Below, in pieces: positions 10,663 to 17,689 of a stretch of 64,000 nt of DNA. The first letter of the stretch is position 1. Every line of letters begins with the position of its first letter. The translations under genes and the position numbers were made by a program. This DNA is from a virus. The DNA is taken from IMG/VR virus record IMGVR_UViG_3300034375_013346, positions 50,612 to 114,611 of that record; one strand, 5' to 3'. The notes below the pieces were generated by a model. That model saw only the letters and a program-made list of their open reading frames with translations, was not told where the DNA came from and did no database searches.

Positions 10663-12075
10663 CTACCCCATTTTTTTTAATTGTTTCTCCATCTGATCAA
10701 TTTCAATCTGGAGTTTTAACATTCGATCTTTAGTTGCTTTACGCTTGGCATAAAGATCTTTAATTATTGTCTTAAGTATTGGATTTTCCGAGTCACCTCC
10801 AAAAACGGCCTTAGATGAAGTTCTCACCCATCCTTCCTTAACTTCGGATAAGTTTATTCCCTCCTTTCCTTTATAAACCTCAGGGGATATTCCCCATTGA
10901 ACAATCGTATTAGGATACAGAGAGGCAAAGTCGTAACAAGCCACCCATTCATGTAGACCTTTGATGGGCTCTTTCACATATCCACCTATAAATTTAACGT
11001 GGCTTTCCTCTTTCCTCTCGTTAACAAAAACCTGTCCCCTCTCTAAGAATTTGCGGAGCATCAGCACTTCCGTTGACCAAACAGGAGAAAGAGCCCTACT
11101 TATCTCAACGCCATTTAAATTGGCAATTTTGAGATAAGTAAGCATTGTTTGAAGCTTTACGTCTATATAGTGAACAAGAGCGCAGTCAATAACATTATAC
11201 AGTATAAATTTTGGAAAATCGGACTGATACAGGTCCCTTAGGGATCCATTATAGACTATCTTTTTAAGTCCCGTGGCCTTTTCCGCTACGTAATCAAGTC
11301 TATTACTTTCTTTAATTTTTATTACTCGGTCCCACTTCCGGTATATCTCCAGATAATCGACCATGAGCAAGTGCATGGGGAGGTTGTTCTTTCCAATGAG
11401 CCAATTGGAAGGAGATATTATCTTAGGATCTATGCCCAACCTCTTAGCTCTGTTAACCAAATACGGCCAGTCATATCCAAACCAGTTCCATCCAGTAATC
11501 AGGGACATTTTGGGTGCTAGGTTCTTGAAGAAAGTATAAAGCATATCATATTCACTCTCGAATTTATGATACTTAAAACTCCACTCATCGCCCATTGGAG
11601 ACAGATACTCGTTAGTCCTTCTATGGATATCGGCTTGCTCTTCAGGGGTAAGTGGGTCTAGACCAAGCATAATCGCCTTACATCGGTCAGTGGCTATACC
11701 TATTGAAAGAACCTTATTCTTTGCCGATGCTGTATCGAGTGAATCCCTCATCTCGTCGGTCATCTCTACCTCTATATCGACAAAATATTTTTTGGGAGTC
11801 TGGAATTCAAAAAGGGGCTTAGTTAACTCCGGATCAGCCTCTTCCAAGATCTGTATCATCCGATACTTGTCATATTTCTGGGTTTTTGCTTTTCTAACTG
11901 GGAACCCGTCCCAGCTCTCCCATTCCTTCTCCCTTCTACTATCTGATGGTGAGCATTTTTCCCATATGAATCTCTCCTTATCAGGGACCGGAACATTAAT
12001 AAATATTAAATCACCGTCCTCAGAAAAACTTGATACCTTCAAGTAGGTTCCTTTATTCTCAATATCAACTATCAT
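10663..12075 (-). CDS. Family B DNA polymerase, N-terminal half (3'-5' exonuclease + motif A; split gp43A-like)
   Basis: ExoI DIE, ExoII GWNWFGYD, ExoIII YNVID and motif A YDFASLYPN. The ORF ends in the fingers helix with no motif B or C. Probable start is MIVDIE at 12075. Confidence 0.9.
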   Translation of the reverse strand: MIVDIENKGTYLKVSSFSEDGDLIFINVPVPDKERFIWEKCSPSDSRREKEWESWDGFPVRKAKTQKYDKYRMIQILEEADPELTKPLFEFQTPKKYFVDIEVEMTDEMRDSLDTASAKNKVLSIGIATDRCKAIMLGLDPLTPEEQADIHRRTNEYLSPMGDEWSFKYHKFESEYDMLYTFFKNLAPKMSLITGWNWFGYDWPYLVNRAKRLGIDPKIISPSNWLIGKNNLPMHLLMVDYLEIYRKWDRVIKIKESNRLDYVAEKATGLKKIVYNGSLRDLYQSDFPKFILYNVIDCALVHYIDVKLQTMLTYLKIANLNGVEISRALSPVWSTEVLMLRKFLERGQVFVNERKEESHVKFIGGYVKEPIKGLHEWVACYDFASLYPNTIVQWGISPEVYKGKEGINLSEVKEGWVRTSSKAVFGGDSENPILKTIIKDLYAKRKATKDRMLKLQIEIDQMEKQLKKMG

Positions 12076-12118
12076 CAAATATTTAGATTTATTATATCCT
12101 AACCAGATCAGGTTGGAG

Positions 12119-12126
12119 GATATATA
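12119..12126 (+). promoter_or_regulatory. GATATATA putative late promoter
   Basis: Plus-strand copy 7 nt before the plus-strand ATG at 12134. Confidence 0.6.
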
Positions 12127-12133
12127 GAAGTAT

Positions 12134-12457
12134 ATGAAAGCTAACATCAAAAGTTTCGAAGATTTCTTATTAGAATATTACGTTTCGGAAGCTCCAGGTA
12201 GCGTTGTAGTACCGGGTGAATGGTACAAGGACAGCGTTAATTCCAGGAACTACCGCCCAGCATATACTCAAATGCCCCAAGTAGTGGACTCAATGTTCCA
12301 AACAACCGACCTATACAACTATCTGGATACCCTTTCCGAGGAGGAAGAGTTTAATAGGATAGTCAAAGAGAATAACGGAGAACCGAAGAAAATAATTAAA
12401 TATCTTAAGAGACGAATAAACGAGGAGCTTCTACCTCAGCAGAAGGGGGAAAAATAA
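12134..12457 (+). CDS. Hypothetical protein with capsid-targeting-like leader
   Basis: Starts MKANIKSFEDFLLE. Confidence 0.65.
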   Translation: MKANIKSFEDFLLEYYVSEAPGSVVVPGEWYKDSVNSRNYRPAYTQMPQVVDSMFQTTDLYNYLDTLSEEEEFNRIVKENNGEPKKIIKYLKRRINEELLPQQKGEK

Positions 12458-12469
12458 GGAGCTGGTAAA

Positions 12470-13303
12470 GTGGAAATAATCAAACATCCCATCAATGAGG
12501 GATCTTATTATTCGGATCCCAACTTTAAAGATTCGATATTCATACATCACACAGGAGGACACCATAGACCAGACTGGACAATAGATAGCTGGGGCAGAGA
12601 CCGAAAGGAATCAACAAATAAAATAAGATCCGGAGCTTCTTACGTAATAGGTGGTCCCGATCCAATTAACGCAAAGAATAAAAAACACGACGGTAAGATA
12701 CTAGAGGCATTCAACTCAGAACATTGGTCACATCACCTCTTCATAAAAAACAAAAGCAATACCTTTCTCAACCAAAAAAGTATAGCTATCGAGATCTGTA
12801 ATTACGGGGAGCTTACTAAGAGCACGGATGGAGAATTCTTTACCAAGGGCAATATAAAGATACCCAAAGGACAGGTGGAAATATTAAAGGATCCATTCAA
12901 AGGGGAAAGGTATTTCCATTCATATTCGGATCATCAAATAGAGTCACTCCGGTACCTAATATTGCTACTAGCGAAAAAACATGATATAGATCTAAAGAGG
13001 GGATTATTAAAGGAGATCGGGAGGAGCGAAATCCAAATGCCCGAGGGTTTATCAGTAAGGGATCAGAAGAAATGGATGAACAAGAACGGAATAACCGATA
13101 GCAAAGGGAAAAAGCTAATCGAAAATAGCGAAGAGGATACCAGATATTTGCAAGCAATCGATTATCTCAATAGTAATCCATTTGATCTCTCACCACAAGC
13201 TTTACAGGGATTTCAGGGACTGTGGTCACATTCCAACGTAAGGGCAGATATCAGAGACTGCTACCCTTCACAACAAATGATACAGATGTTAAGATCTCTC
13301 TAG
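12470..13303 (+). CDS. N-acetylmuramoyl-L-alanine amidase (Amidase_2), putative endolysin
   Basis: IFIHHT, SIAIEICN, YS..QIESL..L, WSHSNVR..D Zn-amidase motifs. Confidence 0.85.
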   Translation: MEIIKHPINEGSYYSDPNFKDSIFIHHTGGHHRPDWTIDSWGRDRKESTNKIRSGASYVIGGPDPINAKNKKHDGKILEAFNSEHWSHHLFIKNKSNTFLNQKSIAIEICNYGELTKSTDGEFFTKGNIKIPKGQVEILKDPFKGERYFHSYSDHQIESLRYLILLLAKKHDIDLKRGLLKEIGRSEIQMPEGLSVRDQKKWMNKNGITDSKGKKLIENSEEDTRYLQAIDYLNSNPFDLSPQALQGFQGLWSHSNVRADIRDCYPSQQMIQMLRSL

Positions 13304-13683
13304 TGGTTCATACTCTCCAGATATCCCCTTAGCTTCTTATCACTGGGTGATATTGAAAAATTTCCATTGACAAAGATCTCCCAGGATTCAATAGCATATT
13401 TACCAACGCCAGGCAAGTCTGAGGGGTCTTTAAAACCGGAAATCCACACACCTGACATATCAACTATCCTCCTTGCCTTAATGTTATAAAATCCGGTGGG
13501 CCTTATCACCTTTGCGATCAAGTCAGGATCCATCTTGGAACAGGTAACAGGATCCTTAATCAGATTAAATAACTCCGGCAGTATTCTCCGGACCTGCAAA
13601 TTGGTCGTTTGATTAAGGAGTATGCAGATTACGACCATTTCCCATGGCTTATCTACATAATCCTCTTGAATTAACCTCTCCAA
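13300..13683 (-). CDS. Minimal HhH-GPD DNA glycosylase (MBD4-like)
   Basis: PW...ICILLNQT, IRPTGFYNIKARRI, LPGVGKYA HhH motif, PSDKKL catalytic Asp. Confidence 0.85.
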   Translation of the reverse strand: MERLIQEDYVDKPWEMVVICILLNQTTNLQVRRILPELFNLIKDPVTCSKMDPDLIAKVIRPTGFYNIKARRIVDMSGVWISGFKDPSDLPGVGKYAIESWEIFVNGNFSISPSDKKLRGYLESMNH

Positions 13684-13684
13684 C

Positions 13685-13903
13685 CTAGAAATTATTTCTC
13701 CTAAGAATATCCTGATATTTCTTTACCTCCTTATCAAAGAGTGCAGTGGTCTTCAGATAGTTGGTGCCCAGTATTATCGAAAGCTTCCTTATACAGGAAT
13801 CCCGATCTATCATCATTTTATACTGAGGGTTCTTCATTTTTTCTTCTAGCTCCGAGGCATGTTCCTTGGCTATCCTTTGTAACATTTCAATTTCTCTTGA
13901 CAT
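13685..13903 (-). CDS. Hypothetical protein
   Basis: 72-aa ORF abutting the glycosylase gene. Confidence 0.55.
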   Translation of the reverse strand: MSREIEMLQRIAKEHASELEEKMKNPQYKMMIDRDSCIRKLSIILGTNYLKTTALFDKEVKKYQDILRRNNF

Positions 13904-13925
13904 CTAAAAATAATTCACATTTAAC

Positions 13926-13954
13926 AAAAAAGCCCGCCTTCGGGCGAGCTTTTT
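13926..13954 (-). terminator. Rho-independent terminator after hsp20
   Basis: AAAAAAGCCCGCC-ttc-GGGCGAGCTTTTT hairpin with A/T tails. Confidence 0.75.
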
Positions 13955-13982
13955 ATTAGTAGGTGGTTGAAAAATTTCGTCT

Positions 13983-14339
13983 TTATGAGATCTTAATTCT
14001 CCTAGGTAGCGATTCTTTTTTCTTATCCAAAGAAATCGTTAGTACTCCCTCCGTGATAACAGCCTTAATTTTATCAGAATTCACCTCATTGGGTATTCTA
14101 AACCTCTTGGTGAAATCTCCGGTCCAGTGGGAATCATTGCCTCTTCCCTCTATAACCAATGTGCTACCATCAAGCTCCACATCGATGTCATCGTTCTTGT
14201 ATCCAGGAACTGGAATTTCTATAAGATATGATTTATCTTCCTCCCGAATGAAATATTCCTTGCTATTAACAAGTCCGTTTCGATTTTCTAGGATTCTCTC
14301 CATCATCTCTAAAGGTGAATAAATAGTTGTACTTATCAT
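13983..14339 (-). CDS. Small heat-shock protein (Hsp20/alpha-crystallin)
   Basis: IEIPVPGYKNDDIDVEL, FTKRFRIP, I.A...EGVLTI. Confidence 0.92.
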   Translation of the reverse strand: MISTTIYSPLEMMERILENRNGLVNSKEYFIREEDKSYLIEIPVPGYKNDDIDVELDGSTLVIEGRGNDSHWTGDFTKRFRIPNEVNSDKIKAVITEGVLTISLDKKKESLPRRIKIS

Positions 14340-14392
14340 TTTTGTTTTTTATTCACTACTATTTCGAAAAATGTTCCAATGAATAAGAACAC

Positions 14393-14420
14393 AAAAAAAG
14401 GTGACTTTGTGTCACCTTTT
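14393..14420 (-). terminator. Terminator-like hairpin (may overlap a regulatory palindrome)
   Basis: AAAAAAAGGTGAC-tttgt-GTCACCTTTT. Confidence 0.6.
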
Positions 14421-14445
14421 CTAATGTGAGTATGAAATTTTGTCT

Positions 14446-14943
14446 TTATTTCTTGAGCTGTAGCTTCTTCATGGCTTCCACAAAGGTTCCAAAGTCCTTC
14501 ACTACACGATCTCTCTTCTTTTTCTTTAATCCCTTCCTTGCCGCAGGGGTGCCAACGGTTAAGGTATCGAATTTATCCCCCGATCCAACTGGTCCGTTGT
14601 AGAAATCAGCGTTAGTCCCTCCAGCTCCTGGTGCTTCCACCGGGCCCATACCGGAGACAGTATTAAGCGTAGCAAAGGATCCGCCACCCATATCTCCCGC
14701 AGGAGCTCCACCGTCCATTTCCTTGAGAGAATAGGAATCGCAGTCACATTTTTCCAGAATCTCTTCCTCAATCTGCCATTTTTCTACACAATAGTCATTT
14801 TCATCTAGCCATGATTTATATGCGGATTCTACCATCTCGGGTGAACATCCAGACTCCATAACAGGGGTATCATCTTCACAACAGAGACAAACTAATGTTC
14901 TACCTGCTGGGGATTGTCCTGTGGGATAATATAGATTTTCCAT
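14446..14943 (-). CDS. Hypothetical protein (Gly-rich; likely head-associated)
   Basis: 165 aa; LKE site, FATLNTVSGMGPV segment, C-terminal VKDFGTF. Confidence 0.55.
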   Translation of the reverse strand: MENLYYPTGQSPAGRTLVCLCCEDDTPVMESGCSPEMVESAYKSWLDENDYCVEKWQIEEEILEKCDCDSYSLKEMDGGAPAGDMGGGSFATLNTVSGMGPVEAPGAGGTNADFYNGPVGSGDKFDTLTVGTPAARKGLKKKKRDRVVKDFGTFVEAMKKLQLKK

Positions 14944-14948
14944 ATCGA

Positions 14949-15182
14949 TTATAATGTTGTTTTTATGTTTTTAGAAAATATTCTAACAGTGTTCTGGGAT
15001 TCGTCTTTGGTGATATACCCTATTATATCATTATAAGAGTCGTATATCGGAGAGATCACCAAAAGCTTCCTATCCTTATTATCAATCACCCAGCTCCCGG
15101 TTAGATCGCTACCGCTTTTTTCCGCAGACAAGCTAGGTTTAGCAGAAGATAGATTTCTTTTTTTATTACAACCACATCCCAT
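14949..15182 (-). CDS. Hypothetical protein (MGCGCNKK N-terminus)
   Basis: 77-aa ORF. Confidence 0.55.
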   Translation of the reverse strand: MGCGCNKKRNLSSAKPSLSAEKSGSDLTGSWVIDNKDRKLLVISPIYDSYNDIIGYITKDESQNTVRIFSKNIKTTL

Positions 15183-15210
15183 GTTTTAAATATTTCTAGT
15201 TACTTTCTAT

Positions 15211-15630
15211 TTATCTGTAATTTCCCCTTAATTCTTTCCTTCTTAAATAATTGAAGAGATATCTAAGTCCCTTCTTATATTCGGTTGAATTCCTAAATGG
15301 ACCGGGATATGTACGGATAGGATTACCTTGACCCTCGGGGGTTTCTTCGTTACCTCTAACTTCAACCGGGTTATACCTTCTAACCACACCAGTAGGGTGT
15401 ATTGTATAAAAGACGTCCCCGTATCCATCTACGTCAGGTTGTGATTTTCTCTGAAATTTCAAGGTATTATTAAGCTCCTGCTGATGAGAGGTTATATCAT
15501 CAAACCCGAGGTCTAGTATATCAAGGTACTCAATTCCCTTCCTAATTTTATCCAGATCTATATCTCTCCTATTATCCTCCAGGTATTCCTCCCTAGGTTC
15601 GTAATCTTTATATGATTTTATCTGAGACAT
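15211..15630 (-). CDS. Hypothetical protein with capsid-targeting-like leader
   Basis: Starts MSQIKSYKDY...YLE. Confidence 0.6.
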   Translation of the reverse strand: MSQIKSYKDYEPREEYLEDNRRDIDLDKIRKGIEYLDILDLGFDDITSHQQELNNTLKFQRKSQPDVDGYGDVFYTIHPTGVVRRYNPVEVRGNEETPEGQGNPIRTYPGPFRNSTEYKKGLRYLFNYLRRKELRGNYR

Positions 15631-16064
15631 TACCCCTTACTAGATTTTATCCAATCCCGATAATCTTTCAAGTTAGCAAGATTCTTTCCACCAGGCTTTT
15701 TCTTTTTAGCATCTGGCCTTAAATAAGGGATAATCGGGTTTATACCATCACCAAAATTCATCTTAGGTGTAAAGGAAGGAATATCCTTAGAATCAATAAC
15801 ACCGAGAGAATTACCCTCCTCATTTAGTGGTTTACCGTCCTTTACATTCTCAGGTAGATCCTTAGATTTTGTTTTTGCAAACTTTTTAAGTTCCTTGTCA
15901 GTCATAGGGGCAATAAACTTACCGTCCTTATCTTTGTATCCAAAAGCAATCTTTTCAATTTCCTCTCGGTATCTAGGATCGATTTCCTTTAGCTTTAACT
16001 CGTTTTGTCTTAGAGCCCAAGCTTGACCCATAATTGCTTGTTGTGCTTTACTTACTGATGGCAT
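15630..16064 (-). CDS. DUF3008-like small basic protein
   Basis: MPSVSKAQQ..MG.A...MT.KELKKFA.TK.K.LPE. Confidence 0.65.
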   Translation of the reverse strand: MPSVSKAQQAIMGQAWALRQNELKLKEIDPRYREEIEKIAFGYKDKDGKFIAPMTDKELKKFAKTKSKDLPENVKDGKPLNEEGNSLGVIDSKDIPSFTPKMNFGDGINPIIPYLRPDAKKKKPGGKNLANLKDYRDWIKSSKG

Positions 16065-16065
16065 C

Positions 16066-16602
16066 TCAAATTCTATATTTTTCGAATGGGATAATAATTT
16101 TCATACCCTCTTCGACTTTTTTAAGTTTAGTGTAATAGTTGGGATCTTCTGCCAGATGGTCCCTAGCTATCTCAGAAGCTATCTCCTCGTCCTCGGTATG
16201 TTCCATTTCTACCTCAATGCCAATCTGAAGCTGTCTCTCTAAGTGTAAAAGCATCTTTTCTATGGCATCCCTATCAACATGGTCCATCGAATCATCGTAT
16301 GTGTGCAAGATAGCGATATCCCTCAAGTTCTTACCCGATGAGATCCCACCTTCAATCTTCTCGTCAGAATCTTCCTGTAGATAAAGGCCCTTCATCTTTT
16401 TTTTAATTTCTGCAGGACTCATCGGCTTAGCATTCAGGCCCCAGTTAGCATTGGGATCGATGATCTTCTTCTTGCTTTTCTTCCATTCCGGATACATCCA
16501 GAGCCATCTATTGTATCCCTTACCAACTATTTCAAAGCCCTTGTCACCTGGTTGTATGGCGATGGGGGATTGGGGTGGTATATAGCTTCCTGTTTCTGCC
16601 AT
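16066..16602 (-). CDS. DUF5661-like phage protein
   Basis: QL..GI.VEMEHT.D..IA.EIA.DHL.EDP.YYTKL. Confidence 0.7.
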   Translation of the reverse strand: MAETGSYIPPQSPIAIQPGDKGFEIVGKGYNRWLWMYPEWKKSKKKIIDPNANWGLNAKPMSPAEIKKKMKGLYLQEDSDEKIEGGISSGKNLRDIAILHTYDDSMDHVDRDAIEKMLLHLERQLQIGIEVEMEHTEDEEIASEIARDHLAEDPNYYTKLKKVEEGMKIIIPFEKYRI

Positions 16603-16808
16603 TATTCTATTACAGCTTCTATTTTGGATTTTGAGATTTGTGTGGTCTCAAAAAATCCAGTAGTTCCCTCTAGGAACCCAGCTACTTTTGTCTCTACCTC
16701 AAGCACAGACTCTGCAGCAACTAAAAATTCAGATTTGTGAATTACCGGATCACCATTTCTTTTGGTCTCGGTTGACTCAAAACTTACTTTTGCAACGTAA
16801 TATCCCAT
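16602..16808 (-). CDS. DUF4494-like protein (Bacteroidota-type)
   Basis: YY.AKV.F...FLV.AES..E.E.KV...F....I.KSKI..VI. Confidence 0.65.
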   Translation of the reverse strand: MGYYVAKVSFESTETKRNGDPVIHKSEFLVAAESVLEVETKVAGFLEGTTGFFETTQISKSKIEAVIE

Positions 16809-16827
16809 TTTCTAATATTTTACAGTT

Positions 16828-16835
16828 TATATATC
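16828..16835 (-). promoter_or_regulatory. GATATATA putative late promoter
   Basis: Octamer between a terminator and the ATG at 16808. Confidence 0.6.
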
Positions 16836-16845
16836 CTTCTAATAC

Positions 16846-16877
16846 AAGAAAGGCAACCACTTGGGTTGCCTCTCCTT
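16846..16877 (-). terminator. Rho-independent terminator after the Hc1-like gene
   Basis: On the minus strand: GGCAACC-caagt-GGTTGCC-TTTCTT. Confidence 0.65.
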
Positions 16878-16893
16878 CTTTTCCTCAAGGGGA

Positions 16894-17070
16894 TCAAGAA
16901 TTATTCTTCATCTCCTGTACATCGAGTCTAACCTGCTGCGCAAGTTTTTTAACTTCCTGCATTGCTTGTCTAATTCTCGTTCCTGCTGCCTTGTTTCCTT
17001 TTTCAGTAAACTTAGCAACGTCAGCTTCAGCAGATTCTAGAACTGCTTTAATTTGATCAAATGTTTCCAT
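16894..17070 (-). CDS. Histone H1-like protein Hc1 family (Bacteroidota-type)
   Basis: Not in the ORF track. Manual translation METFDQIKAVLESAEADVAKFTEKGNKAAGTRIRQAMQEVKKLAQQVRLDVQEMKNNS has the KGNKAAGTR.R signature. Confidence 0.85.
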   Translation of the reverse strand: METFDQIKAVLESAEADVAKFTEKGNKAAGTRIRQAMQEVKKLAQQVRLDVQEMKNNS

Positions 17071-17126
17071 CTTCCTTTTTATTAAGATTTAAAATTTATA
17101 TCGATGTCGTTATTTTTGTTTCGACC

Positions 17127-17663
17127 TTATCTGCTAATTATGAAAGTTCCTTCGTGAGATCCTTCTTGTATTGACCACTCCGGACCAATAAAGGATAACA
17201 ATATGGACTTCATATTCTCCCCGTAATTTTCCACTTCCAGATGATCCTGCATTTCATCAAATATTCTTATGACCTTAGGATTCTTCTCAAGGTAACTCAG
17301 GATAGCTTTAGAAATTTGTTCGAAGTATCTGGACATATCGTTATCTCTCAATCTGAATTTACCGTCACTCATCTCAGGGATTTCCGCTTTACCCATCGCA
17401 ATATCCTCTATTATTTCAGGAGCAATCTCATTTACGTTTAAAACAGCATATGAGTTTTTAGGACCCTCCATGGTTTCATATTGGGAGTATTTGCCTATCA
17501 TGAACATAATTCCCTTCTGACCACCATTCTCTAGCTCCAGCTGGAAGAAATAATAAAATAGATCACCATCTCTCTTTTGCAGGAATGGCAATGTTCCAAA
17601 ACCATCTCCCTCGTCTATTCTGCTTCCTACGAAATCCGCGAAGTTTCTAATTCTTTTTTCCAC
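17127..17663 (-). CDS. Hypothetical protein with capsid-targeting-like leader
   Basis: Starts MEKRIRNFADFV...IDE; GATATATA upstream. Confidence 0.6.
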   Translation of the reverse strand: MEKRIRNFADFVGSRIDEGDGFGTLPFLQKRDGDLFYYFFQLELENGGQKGIMFMIGKYSQYETMEGPKNSYAVLNVNEIAPEIIEDIAMGKAEIPEMSDGKFRLRDNDMSRYFEQISKAILSYLEKNPKVIRIFDEMQDHLEVENYGENMKSILLSFIGPEWSIQEGSHEGTFIISR

Positions 17664-17681
17664 TTTGAATAGTTATTTTTT

Positions 17682-17689
17682 TATATATC
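17682..17689 (-). promoter_or_regulatory. GATATATA putative late promoter
   Basis: Intergenic octamer upstream of 17663. Confidence 0.6.

Noticed and set aside
10572-10663. Intron, intein or frameshift continuing the polymerase
   Set aside because: The gap is only about 90 bp and is followed by an intact dUTPase; no motif B/C coding sequence is nearby.
12076-12150. ORF-track upstream starts for polB (also 21485, 35360, 50851)
   Set aside because: These extensions overlap neighbouring genes or promoter motifs; downstream ATGs (12075, 21452, 35252, 50794) fit better.
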